From: Eledone cirrhosa
Lineage: Eukaryota
DNA length: 64,000 nucleotides
Assembly: GCA_964016885.1 (NCBI GenBank)
Contig: OZ024744.1
Span: forward strand, 56,172,001-56,236,000
Reading direction: 5' to 3'
Each line of letters starts with the position of its first letter. The first letter of the stretch is position 1. The notes below the pieces were generated by a model, which was not told the DNA's origin, searched no databases, and saw nothing but the letters and a program-made list of their open reading frames with translations. Below, piece by piece: positions 49,788-62,605 of the stretch. The position numbers and the translations under genes are program-made.

Positions 49788-50856
49788 ATATATATATATA
49801 ATTGAAAAAGTGGAGAATAACATGGTCATCAGTACAAAAAAGGGGATTTATTTGCAGTCTAACAATTGTTTCACTGATAGAGTTGTCTAAAAATTGCTGA
49901 ACACTAAAAGCAGTGTCACTCAATTTTAAATACGATGTTAACTCTATTAGATCATCGGAAACTGTTAAAATAATATATATGTAACCGGCAAATTTACAAA
50001 TTCAAATTACATCATCAATAATAATATTAATAATAAAGATATAGAGAGAAAAGGAGGAAGAAAGGGAGATAGATACAGTAAAGAAAGAAAGGAAAGGAAG
50101 GAGAAAGAAGAAGGAAAAAGAAAAAGAAAAAGAGAAAGAAGAAAAGGAGAAATTATTATAGATAGAAATATAAAGGGAGGAAGATATAGAGAAGATGATG
50201 GTAGATAGAAGAGAGTCAAACATAAATCAAAATACCGTAGGATAAAACGAATAATAGAGGGACAAATAGATGAATAAACTTTAATACATGAATAAATGTA
50301 AATAAAAATAAAAATAGATATATAAAAAATATATGAAAAAATATATAAAAAAATATATAAAAAATTGATAAATAAATAAATAAATAAGTTATATCTAATG
50401 TGATATAAAATGGTATAGAATGTGAAAAATAAAGAATAAAAATAAACACGTAAAAGGAGTAAGAAGAGTAAAAATGTGCGAAGAATATTTAAACATAGTA
50501 AAATTATTGATAATGGTTTTTAAGAATTGTTGAAATATAAGGAGAGATAATGAGGTGAAAATATGATAATGTTAAATATATTTATGTGTGTATTGGTCAT
50601 TTTAATAAATAAATTAATTAATTAGTTTTAAGTTATATTATATGATAAAATAAAATGACAGAGAAGAAATAAATTTAGAGAGAGAAATATAAAGATAAAG
50701 AGTGAAAAATAGAGATATATAAAATAAGAATGTAACTATAAGAGGTTTTGATGTTGTTCTTTGATAGATGATGACAATTATAATTATAATTATAATTATA
50801 ATGATGATGATGTTGATAATGTGATATCATAATAGATCCACGTGGTATAATCTGGG

Positions 50857-51268
50857 TTATGGAATAGATAAGATGGAATTAAGCTGGTCTAAAGTTCTCA
50901 AATTTAGTCGCTGATTTATGTCGACAAAAAATATTTTTTCAATTTTACTGTTAAGAAGAATTTTGTTGTAATTTAAAATTTGGAAAAGTTCCATATTACA
51001 GAGACCACAATGGGACATACCAATTTGATAGGCCTTTGCTTTTAATAGCTTTGTCCAGCTGATTTTATATTCCATGTTTGCATCTTTAAGTTGCCAGATT
51101 TTATTGGCGCGAGTCGTTGTCTTTGAGAGATTCCTGTTAGTCATAGAGTGTCTATGTACGTACCACCTTTTCTTAAACTCCCCAACTGTGGAACCAATGT
51201 AATACCATGCTAAGCTACCTGAATTTATAGTACATAGGTATACTATATTTGTCTCTAGGCATCTATTT
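50857..51268 (-). pseudogene. GIY-YIG endonuclease fragment of a second Penelope-like family
   Basis: IVYLCTI..YYIGSTVGEFKKRWYVH..CGLCNME..LLNSKIE. Confidence 0.8.
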
Positions 51269-51358
51269 TGTAAAATATATATATATATTGTCCCACTCTT
51301 GCAAGCAGGGAAAAGCGGACGTAAAATGATGATGATGATGATGATGATATATATATAT

Positions 51359-51418
<60 letters not shown>

Positions 51419-51623
51419 ATAATAATAAATTTGAAGACTAAAATCCAAAGAGGGCTCGATAAGGATAAGGATATATCAAATATATAAGAACCTTAGAGCA
51501 AATATTTATTAAAATAACAGATTAAAGTTTAAGCAAAGAATCGCTGCTTTCACCCTTAACGGGATCTTCTGAGAGAAGGGTGAAAGTAGTGATTCTTTCC
51601 TTAAACTTTAATCTGTTATGTTA

Positions 51624-51690
<67 letters not shown>

Positions 51691-51842
51691 GGGAGTGTAA
51701 CTTGGAGTTACTGTAGGTTCACCCGGCTGAGCACTCGATGTTTAGGTTCACTTCAGTGTCAAGGTGTAGAGCTCTACTGAGTGTATTATAGTTAAATAAG
51801 ATAACAAGGACGATTGGTTACTCCTTCATTATGTTTATTGGT

Positions 51843-51930
51843 TGGTGACAAGCGTTTCGCCACTGATCAGCTCAAGGTTCGATCTGTATCGACCTGACCT
51901 GACTCTGTAATCCACGGCTCGTCAGACCCC
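51843..51930 (-). ncRNA. Type I hammerhead ribozyme with extended stem II
   Basis: GGT-CTGACGA-GCCG..(long stem)..TGGC-GAAA-CGCTTG-TC-ACC; canonical core and GUC triplet. Confidence 0.65.
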
Positions 51931-52275
51931 TTATATAACCTTATCGAGCCCTCTTCAGATTTTGGTCTTCATAATTATTATTACTATATATATTTTTTTC
52001 GATGATCGATTACATAGATTGATTTTGAGCTACACTCTCCAGGTATGAAATAGCACTATAAGGTTTCTCTTATGATTCCACCTGTGTATATATTCTTTTA
52101 TAGAATATGTATTTGGTATACAGTGTTTCTTATATAATATATGGCTCTTTCTCTATATATATACATATATCTTTTTCATTAAGTTTTTTATGGCTCTAGA
52201 TAATGCCTAATGAGCTTGTTTATTGAGAAACCCAATATTGTGACATATTTGATACGTTTTGATTCATTATTTGTA

Positions 52276-53531
52276 CTAGCAGAAAACCACCCTTCGGGTG
52301 GTCTTCTGCTAGCATGTGTAATGTGTATATTGATATTATACGCAAGTATATATACATGTAGATATGATACATCAAATAAAATCGTAATTGACAATATATA
52401 ATACATAGCAATTGAATGAAGACTACGTTACACTGTCTTATGTAATCAGTAATGTAATTCATGATACATTAAAAAAAGACGATATCTAATATATATTTGT
52501 GAAATGGGTGGTGGTTGAAATTCAGTTGTGCACGGTTAAATGGTAGTAGACGTGGTCGGGCGGACATGAAAATTTACACACCTATGTAAAAAGTGCCAAG
52601 GAAACAAATAGATGAGGTTTCAAATCTCTAACCTGAAAAATGTGGTCCCTAGAGCCACAAAACGGTCTATTTACTATCGCGTTCGGTGAGTTATTTCCCC
52701 CTGTTCTAATACTTTCAATATTCATTGTCTTATTTACAATTTCATACAAATTTTTAAACTCATCAATTTCTTTCGCTGCGTTCTTTCGCTGTTAACATAC
52801 AGTACCGTTTTATGAAATCGATTCTGCAGTACCATTTTACGAAATGCAAACCGAAAACGGACACTGTTTTCCATCAAAAGAAAGAAAACCCTTAAATTGC
52901 GAAGAAGGGAGTCAAGTTCTCAAGTACGTTTTTTCCGATATCATTTTCATTTTCATTCTAATACATGTTAACCACCACTAACAGGAAGTAGTATTTTTCA
53001 AAGTCAAATGAAAAGTTTAAAGTTTTCATTTTTCAAATACAGTTGCTCTATATTAAATTTAAATACTTCTATAACGATCATACAGTACCGTTTTATGAAA
53101 TCGATTCTGCAGTAGAATTTTACGAAATGCCAAACCGAAAAAGGTCACTGTTTTCTAACAAAAGAAATAAAACCCTTACATTCCGAACCCCTGTTCTAAT
53201 ACTAGGGTTAGTTATTTCCCTCTCTTCTAATAAACGTCTAATATATAGAGGCCCCTCTTGCTAACCAGGGCAATCAAAGTGTAAACTATCATACAAACCT
53301 TCATAATATGCATTTTTAAACTTGCATATCATCGACATTGCTATTTCGCTGTTAGTAAACAACGCTTTTCACGTCGCTCCACTTCTCATTGTATGCCGTC
53401 CAGCTCCAAGTGCATATTCCTTTTTTTTTTTTTTCCTGATACTGCTTCTTTATAATAAACATTCAATAATATTTTTCAAATTATTAACTTAATAAAAAGT
53501 GGCCCCGGGTACAACCGGGCTCAGCTGCTAG
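52276..53531 (+). mobile_element. Helitron-like segment with an internal ~100-bp duplication; 5' boundary uncertain
   Basis: 3' hairpin CCCGGGTACAACCGGG plus CTAG|T at 53528-53532; CATACAGTACCGTTTTATGAAATCGATTCTGCAGTA at ~52796 and ~53079. Confidence 0.5.
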
Positions 53532-53739
53532 TTATATATAAACTGCATTAGGAGAAAATTAGTGACAGAAAATTAGTATGTTTATTTAAGCGATGGCCAA
53601 CCGGAAGTGTTGACATTTCAGAAATTTTAAAGAAGTGAATCTTTAAATAAACAAAATATATTTAATCAACAGCCACGAAATTTAGTAGATAAATTATGTA
53701 ATATTCATTCATTACTTGCAGCAAAGAGTTATGGTCCTT

Positions 53740-53862
53740 TATGGTCTGAGTTCAAATCCTGCCGAGGTTAACTTTGCCTTTCATCCTTACGGGGTCGATA
53801 AAATAAAGTACCAGTAATACACTTGCATAATTACTGGCCTGGTGCCAAAAGTAGAAAATAAT
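53740..53862 (+). mobile_element. Meta-domain type tRNA-derived SINE
   Basis: GAGTTCAAATCC B-box, then GCCTTTCATCCTTACGGGGTCGATAAAATAAAGTACCAG. Confidence 0.75.
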
Positions 53863-53956
53863 TATTTATTCAAAGTAATCCAACTTATTTTACTAATGGG
53901 ATAAAAAAATTATAAACCATATGCAGTCCTGCGCTCCTTACTTAATTATAGTTTAG

Positions 53957-54016
<60 letters not shown>

Positions 54017-54425
54017 TGATGATGATGATGATGATGTATATATATATTCAATTTATTATAGAAATGACTTCTACAGGACTACAACTGTTTCATCCATAAA
54101 GTGATTTCTTATGAATGAAACAGTTCTAGTCTTGTAGAAGTCGTTTCTATAATAAAATGAATACACCTATACTCTACTAACGTATTGAGTACCTTATTTG
54201 ACAGTGGTAGCTTTCTGATTTACATCAGGATCCTACTGACTATATATATATATATCATCATCGTCATCATCTCCGTTTAACGTGTATTTTTCGATGCTGG
54301 CATGGGTTAAACGAGTTATCCTGTTGTGAGCAATGCCAGGTCAGGTGACCATGTCTTGCTTGTACAGAACCGATATTGGCTTAGTTTCTACAGCTGGATG
54401 CCCTTCCTAGCGCCAACCTTATTTA

Positions 54426-54478
<53 letters not shown>

Positions 54479-55192
54479 CCGTTTGTCGTCTATTTTTCCA
54501 TGCTTGCGTGGGTTTGGTTGGTCATCCACATTATGTGACATGTCTGGCCAGCTGGCCATGCCATACCTTGCTCAAACAGAACTGCATTTTGACTGGAATT
54601 TTTACAGCTGGATTCCCCTTCCTACCACCAACCACATTTACAATGTGGAACGGGGTGATCACATTATGAGGAGGGTCTGACCAGTTGGCAACACCATACC
54701 GTGCTCATAACCAGACCATATTGTGGGAGCTGGAGGGTCTCATTACAAGGAAGGTCTGGATTGTTAGACTCACTGTATCTTGCTGCTAATGGAACCCTAT
54801 TTCGGCTGGGTTAAAGTTATAATGGTCAGTAAGTATAAAGATGTGATGAGGGTATAAATACTATTAATATGAAAATAAATATTAAATATACACATATGTA
54901 TTGGTTAAATCACAGAGGGTTAGAATAGGAAGAAAGAATATAATAACAAATAACAGATAAAAGATAAAAATAATAAATTAGAAATTAGTTGAAAGGTGAA
55001 GAGATACAGGATAGGATACAAGGGAAGAGGTGAATAGCTTTAGGGAGAGAGAGTGAAAGAAAGGTTAGGAGATTTATGATGTTGATTTAGTGATTAGTTG
55101 GTCTGTTGACAGTTAGTAATAGTGGGTTGGTATGTAGTTATTATAATAGACTCCGGGTGATTCAGCTTGAATTATGGGATTGTTGGATCGAA

Positions 55193-56050
55193 TCATGTTG
55201 GTTTGAAATTTGCGAATTTAGTAGCTGCTTTGTGCCTACAGAAAATTGATCGTTCTATTTTGCTGTTAAGCAGCAATTTGTTATATTTTAAAATATGGAG
55301 CAACTCCATATTGCAAAGTCCGCAGTGGGACATTCCATTTTCGTAGGCCTTTGCTCCCGATAATTTCGACCAGCTAATCCAGTATTCTTGGTTTGTGTCT
55401 TTAAGCTGACAGATTTTATTGGCCAGCGTTGTTGTGTTCTCTAGTCTACGGTTCTTCATAGAATGTCTGTGAACATACCATCTTTTTTTTGAATTCCCCA
55501 GCCGTAAGACCTATGTAGTGCCATGCTAAGTTGCCTGAATTTATAGTACACAGGTACACTATATTTGACTCCAGGCATCTATTTTGTAGTGGGCACTTAT
55601 CCGGTAAGTGACAGTTACATTTTGAGGCTTTCCTGTGTGCCTGTTCTCCGTTGCGGTTTTGTATGTTGTTATGTATGGGTTGAGATTTGGGTTTGTTGAT
55701 GTTTTGTTGTGATGCATTCTGACGTGTGTGTGGTTGTGATGTTGTTATGTTTGTGTTTTATATTTGGTGTTATGGTGTGTGTTTGTAGGTTATTTTCATT
55801 AGAGATTCTTCTATAGTTAATTTTATGTATGTATAATTCTATGTTGGCTGCAATAGAGTAAGAGAGTTTGATAGTTTTTCTGTTAAAGATTTTATAGTAT
55901 TTGTGTGGTTTAGGGAAGTGCTTGTCAATTAGTTTAAAGAATGCAGAAGGTAGTTAGGTTTTTATAGAGGAGTTGAATATTGGATTGAACCATAAGTATT
56001 TCCTATCTCTGGATTTTCTATAGTTCCTAGGGGTCCCTATATTAGTATTC
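55193..56050 (-). pseudogene. Second Penelope-like family, linker plus GIY-YIG fragment
   Basis: LWFNPIF, CNC..KCPLQNRCLESNIVYLCTI..HYIG, CGLCNME..LLNSKIERSIFCRH; homologous to 50857-51268. Confidence 0.8.
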
Positions 56051-56069
56051 GGTTCAGTTATTTCTATAT

Positions 56070-57050
56070 AATCGTCATCATCATCGTTTAACGTCTATCT
56101 TCCACGCTAACATGGGTTAGACAGGAATTGTCCCACTTGAGGCAAGATTGGTCGGGTGACTATGTCTCGCTCATACAGGACTATCTGGCAGGTTTTCTAC
56201 GGCTGGATGCCCTTCCTAACACCAACCACATTTACAGTGTGGACTGGGAGCATTTTACCATGTCTCCTACACGACCACATTACAGCGTGGACTGTGTGTT
56301 TTTTTTTGTTGTGACACCTACACGATCTCATTAGTTTGGACTGGATGTACAAACATAACTTTATAGAGAAAGGGGTGGTGTTGGCGGGAGTGGGATGATG
56401 GAATAGGGGTAGTGGGTTGGAGTGAATGTTTGGTTTGGAGGGGCCTACTGACTGTAGGTTAACTTGGCGGGTCTTTTGTATTACTGCGTGGCACCAAAGA
56501 TCTCAATGCAATGACATTGTCTTAGAGAGGTGTAAGTGTGCAAGGTCGGATTTAATCATGTCGCCCCAGGGTTTTCTGGGTCTACTTACTCCGTAACTTC
56601 CATCAATTTTGATCGTCCTGCACATTTTTATACAGCTGTCGTCTTTCATGCGCATCACGTGACCATACCAAAGCAATCTTCTCTCAAGTAAACAACATCT
56701 GATCCTTCTTATTCCTAATTTCTCACTTAGTTCATTTATGTTTTGCCGTTTGTGTATATTACTTTTACACATCCAACGGAGCATGCATGCTTTGTTCGTT
56801 TCCAGTCTGCACACAATACCCAAGTCTCACTGCCATGTAACATTGCTGTTCGTATACAAGCAATCATACAATCTGCCTTATATATATATATGAACTAAGT
56901 GAGAAATTAGGAATAAGAAGGATCAGATGTTGTTTACTTGAGAGAAGATTGCTTTGGTATGGTCACGTCATGCGCATGAAAGACGACAGCTGTATAAAAA
57001 TGTGCAGGACGATCAAAATTGATGGAAGTTACGGAGTAGATAGACCCAGA
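56070..57050. mobile_element. Older RTE subfamily copy (minus, 56070-56880) with an inverted duplicate of its interior (plus, 56890-57050)
   Basis: 56890-57050 is the reverse complement of ~56578-56737. Confidence 0.85.
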
Positions 57051-57054
57051 AGCA

Positions 57055-59273
57055 GAGGGAAGCAGAGGATAGAAAATTCAAGCATGTTTTGCAACGTGAG
57101 GACCAGAAACTGGAGGTGTTCAAGATTGCGAGGCAGTGTGTCAGAGAGAATTGTGATGTCATTGGAGAGAAGTGTATCCGGAATGATAAAAGTGAGCTTG
57201 CCCTCACAAGTGCTGAGAAGAAAGATGCATGGAAGAGTCATTATGATAGATTACTAAATGAGGAGAATGCATGGGAAGAAGAGACCCTACCCCAAGTAGA
57301 CCCTATAGAGGGGCCAGCAATACAAGTCAGCAGCAGCAGCGTAAGTAAGGCAATCAAAGATATGAAGATGGGGAAGGCAACCGGTCCATCGGGTATAGCT
57401 GCCGAGATGCTGAAGGCATCTGGGTCTGTAGGTCACACTATAACCACACGTATTGTTAACAGGTAATACTAGAAGGTGTCATACCAAAATTTTTGGTGCA
57501 GTAGCATCATTGTCAACTGCTACAAAGGTAAAGGTGATGCACTAGATAGAGGAAACTATAGAGGTATAAAGCTGATGGACCAGGTCATGAAAGTAACAGA
57601 AAGAGTTATAGCACAGTTGATTAGGGACCGGGTGAAACTAGACGAGATGCAATTTGGGTTTGTACCAGGAAGAGGCACCACTGATGCCCTCTTGTCAGGC
57701 AGTTACAGGAAAAGTACCCAGCTAAAAGTAAGTCGCTCTACCTGGCATTTGTCGATCTTGAGAAAGCCTTTGACAGAGTTCCACGTGCTGTAATCTGGTG
57801 GGCTCTTAGAAAACTAGGAGTAGATGAATGGCTTGTGAAAGCGGTACAAGCCATGTATAGGGGAGCAGTCAGCAAAGTTAGGATTAGCAATGAGTATAGC
57901 GAGGAATTTAGCGTACAGGTTGGGGTCCACCAGGGCTCTGTTCTTAGCCCCCTTCTGTTCATCTTAGTCCTGCAGGCAATAACGGAGGAGTTTAAGACCG
58001 GAAGCCCATGGGAACTCCTGTATGCTGATGGCCTCGCACTTATAGCTGAATCTATGGTAGAACTAGAGAAGAAATTCCAAACTTGGAAGCAGGGACTAGA
58101 AAGAAAGGGTTTCAAAGTCAACATGACAAAGACTAAGGTCCTTGTAAGTAGACGAGAAAACAGAACCCAGATCCCCTCAGGGAAATGGCCTTGCTCAGTA
58201 TGTAGGAAAGGTGTAAGTAGGAACTCCATTCTCTGCCCCAAATGCAAACAATGGGTACACAAGAGATGTAGCGGGATCTCAGGAAGCTTAATTAAGAATG
58301 TAGGCTTCACATGCAGCAGCTGTGCTGGGACAGCAAGCAGCAAACAGCCACAGGAAACAAGTACCACCAATCTCTGGGAGGGCTCTGTAAAAACAGTAGA
58401 AGCTTCTGCTACCTAGGTGACCGAATTAGCAGCGGAGGTGGGTGTTCAGAATAACTAGGGTAAGAATGGGATGGAAGAAGTTTAGGGAACTACTGCCACT
58501 GCTAGCTGCAAAAGGCTTCTCCCTCAAAATAAAAGGCAGGCTGTATGATGCATGTATCCGAACAGCGATGTTGCATGGTAGTGAGACCTGGGCGCTGAAG
58601 GTGGAAGACTTACGTAGATTAGAGAGAAACGAAGCCTGCATGCTCCGATGGATGTGTAATAGTAATATACGTGAACGACAAATCATAAATGGATTGAGAG
58701 AGAGACTGAGCATAAGAGGAATCAAATGGTGTGTGCAGGAGAGGCAGTTGCGTTGGTATGGACATGTGATGCGTATGAAGGATGACAGCTGCATAAAAAG
58801 GTGCAGAGCACTAGAAGTCGATGGAAACCGCGGAGTGGGGAGACCCGAGATGACCTGGGATGAGGTGATAAAAGCCGACCTTACCCAATTACACCTCTCA
58901 AAGGCGATGACACACGACCGTGACCTCTGGCGTCACGCAGTAATACAGAGTACCCGACCTCCCATGGGTACAAGCTGAAGCATATAGACAATATGCCCCC
59001 ACACCCCCCACTGCAAGGTGGTTGTGGAGGTGCCACGGCAAAAAAGCACCCAGCCCACACTGTAAAGTGGACGTGTAGGCGCCACGAAAAAGCACCCAGC
59101 ACTCACTGTAAATGAGGTTGGTGTTAGGAAGGGCATCCAGCTGTAGAAATCAAGCCAAATCAGTTCCTGTATGAGCAAGGCATGGTCAGCCGACCAGACA
59201 CTGCCCACAACAGGACAACCCGTCTAACCCATGCTAGCGTGGAAGAACGGACGTAAAATGGTGATGATGATGA

Positions 59274-59277
<4 letters not shown>
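57055..59277 (+). mobile_element. 5'-truncated young RTE LINE (subfamily B), frameshifted, YADG motif at 58021-58032
   Basis: Collinear with the C-terminal two thirds of the 1040-aa ORF; (GAT)n tail. Confidence 0.95.
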
Positions 59278-59311
<34 letters not shown>

Positions 59312-59318
<7 letters not shown>

Positions 59319-59809
59319 TATGTATATGTACATACGTATATGTATACAGACGTACAGTAGTATGTATATATATATACATACATGCACACATATATATATG
59401 TACGTATGGATTCACCAAACAGTTATTATAATGCTCGGTGTGTTTGTAAACAAACATCCTGTATTAAGCCGTAGTGTCTAGCAACCACCGTTGCTCGTTT
59501 GTTCAACACTGACAAAGGAACGCTGTACTAGTTTCAAGCTTGTTAGCTATCGTCAGGAACGTATACCTTCCTGCCAGATAGTTGAACGTCCGAAAGTATA
59601 TACTTTCCTTATGCATATTAACGGCTGAGTAGCCCAATTTGCATATTGAGTGGGTTAATCGGGATGTTTGTTTACAAACACACCGAGCATTATAATAAAT
59701 GTTTGGTGAATCCATACGTACATATATATATGTGTGCATGTATGTGTATATATATACATACTACTGTACGTCTGTATACATATATGTATGTACATATACA
59801 TACTTATAT
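59312..59809. mobile_element. Fold-back / MITE-like element with ~145-bp terminal inverted repeats
   Basis: 59312-59459 is the near-perfect reverse complement of 59662-59809; ~200-bp spacer. Confidence 0.75.
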
Positions 59810-59875
59810 TTAAGTAACAGCCGTACTAAGAGTGGGAAATGAAATTTCGTTTCATTTTTTCCGTATATATATATA

Positions 59876-60502
59876 TATACCAATGACCGTTGGCAAATCA
59901 CTGATGAGGGACTCATTTTATAACATGTTATCCATGTACAACCAGCAGTATTCTTCTCCCCATATTTTTCACATATATTTACCTAAACTGCGATTCTGTT
60001 TTTCTCTCTCTCTCACTGCTCCCTCGTTCTCTCTGTTTCTCTTACTTTCTTTCGTCCCCTCTGTCATGTCAGTTAACACTTTCTCTCTACTGACCTCTTC
60101 CTCGCACTTCCACTCACTCACTCACTGTTTCTCCCCTTCTCACTTCCCCCCGTTTGCGACGAAAACGATTTTCCTTCTTTCTTACATCGGATTCATCTCG
60201 AAAGATCTATTTCTTACTCGCTCATATATTCACCCAGCTTATACTGATAGAATAACTATGTAGCTTGTGTTTCTTCCTATCTTCGGTTAGCTTTCCCCTG
60301 TGTTGTTTACTTGTCTCACTTGCTTTACGCGTTTTAATTGTCCTAATAACTTATTTTAGTTATTATTGCACCAACGTGAGGTATATGATTTTCAATGCAA
60401 TGAAATACCAATGACCGTTGGCAAATCACTGATGAGGGACTCATTTTATAACATGTTATCCATGTACAACCAGCAGTATTCTTCTCCCCATATTTTTCAT
60501 AT
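59876..60502. repeat. ~95-bp direct repeats (59876-59975 and 60405-60502) bracketing a pyrimidine-rich spacer
   Basis: ATACCAATGACCGTTGGCAAATCACTGATGAGGGACTC..CCCCATATTTTTCA occurs twice. Confidence 0.8.
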
Positions 60503-61029
60503 ATATATATATTGACAGTAGCATCAGCATAGCATAATTCATAGTAGAGATGGTGTATATGAAGGCATATATAAAATGTTTATGTATAATAATTGTTTCT
60601 ACTTTTGGCACAAGGCCAGCAATTACCCAGTACATTACTGGTACTTTATTTTATCGACCCCGTACATCAGGGTGTGATTGTATTATTATAGCCAGATCAT
60701 ATAGCACCTTAAAAATTGTTTCCAGGAAATGGCAGAAAAGGAGAATAGATGCTTGTGTTTGTTTGTTGTTTATGCTAACTATGTTGTCATTTAGATTTAT
60801 CGCCTTTGTCTAAAAGGAAATTATCAAGGATCACATGTTTATTGTTTTCTGGACACATACACACACACACACCACATACCAGTCAGCTCTGTTGGCTCAA
60901 CACCTAGGATAGTTAGCAACAAAACATCAACGCCGCAAGTTAGCAAATTCCTTATTTTGAGATTCTACATTCACACACACAATCAATACACTACAATTAT
61001 ATGTGTACCTTTTTCTGTTGTTCATTATT

Positions 61030-61198
61030 ACTGCATGGACACATTGGAAGAGGAAGACCAAGGTTAACATATGTTGATGCCCTAAGGACAGACACTGGTC
61101 TGTTGGAGACGCAGGACATGGCAGTGATAATGAGGGACAGAGACCGCTGGAGAGAACTCGTCCATGGATCTCGGGAATTTTACCCGCCCTAGATAGAT
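61030..61198 (+). mobile_element. RTE-like LINE 3' end, same family as 42895
   Basis: Near-identical sequence; GATA tail. Confidence 0.75.
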
Positions 61199-62349
61199 GA
61201 TTTCAAAGTAAATCATGCAACCAATAAAAATATGAAAATTAGTAGTGTCTTGTTCATTTGTAAATTCATGTGATTGGGGGAAATTGTTTACCACACAGCA
61301 ATATCACATCACCACTATAAGCAACTACAACTACTGGTTTCATTAACTATGGCAAGACTTCACAGCAACAATTCTCTTGACTTATTGAAACTCACTCCCT
61401 TATTTGCCATGGACTCTACCAACAAACTACTCATTCAACTACTTCATTAACTTTATCTCACAACTCCTACTACATCAATAGATATGAACAAAGCAGACAA
61501 ACAAGTAAATATATATATATACTAGCAAGGTAGTTTGTAGTTGCTGGGCAATTTTCACTATAGAATGCCTTTCTTACAATTTTTTCTATTCCATGCCAGG
61601 TTATGACTCCATGCCTCATCTCACATTTCTTATTCTTCAAGGCCCATCAACATGAATTATCAATCATCGCCAAGGTGGTTTCTATGGAAATTGTTGAAGT
61701 GGTGTCAGTGGTTTGTTGTGTACTTTAGTGTGAGCATCTTCACATAAACATCAGGTGACGTCTGTGAGGACAACTCTCTGCCTCATAGTGAAAACAATAC
61801 CCTCTTTTGATGGCGACTGAATAACTAGGTCACGTTGAAGGAATACATGAGATGATCAATAAAAGCCAGACTACTTATATTGTCCCACAGTAACAGTGAT
61901 TGATAGTATTACTATTTTCTATTTTTATTTTCCTTATATTCTTTTCAGAATTAAGAAACTCCATGTGCCTAAAATCCTTCTCCTTGAGATGCAGATTTTG
62001 AAAATCAAATCCATTTTTCTCTAGGATGCACGATTTCAGAGCCTTTCGGTGACATACACACATACATATATTCACAAATACATAGTAGATATAATTATTT
62101 TCATAGCCTCTAAATGCCTTGTGAAATTATGGAAACTTCCTCAGAGAGGCACAGGTCTGAGCAAAGAATTTTTGTGGAAGACCAACAGTTGCTTGTGCTT
62201 GAGAATCTCTCCTCTCCGTGCTACTGATGTGTTCAAAGGAAAAGCAATAGCTATTACGGCTTGAAAATAGTGTCTTCACAGACAATTACAAATGGCAAAC
62301 GACCTCATGCCTGACACTAAAAGTCGCAACAATCCACCAGCTTAAAGTG

Positions 62350-62605
62350 GCACAACGGTGGATTGGTAGTATTGTTAGGGGGTTGGACGCCATGCTTTGC
62401 AGCATAGAGTTACAGCCCTTTACGGTATGAGTTCAAATTCCGTTCAAATTACCTTTCATCCTTACGTTGTCGATAAAATAATGTACCAGTAATGCACTTG
62501 GATAATTGCTGGCCTTGTGCAAAATGTAGAAACAATTATTTAGTGACCCCCACACAAGAAGGATGGAAGGTATAGTTGACTATGTTGGAATTTGAACTCA
62601 GAGCA
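62350..62605. mobile_element. Meta-type SINE (plus, to ~62540) followed by an antisense fragment
   Basis: GAGTTCAAATTCC..CCTTTCATCCTTACG..TCGATAAAATAATGTACCAGT; antisense GGAATTTGAACTC. Confidence 0.6.

Noticed and set aside
61560-62330. Unique, coding-looking minus-strand sequence
   Set aside because: Stops in all frames I tried and no recognisable motif; possibly a decayed transposon but not supportable
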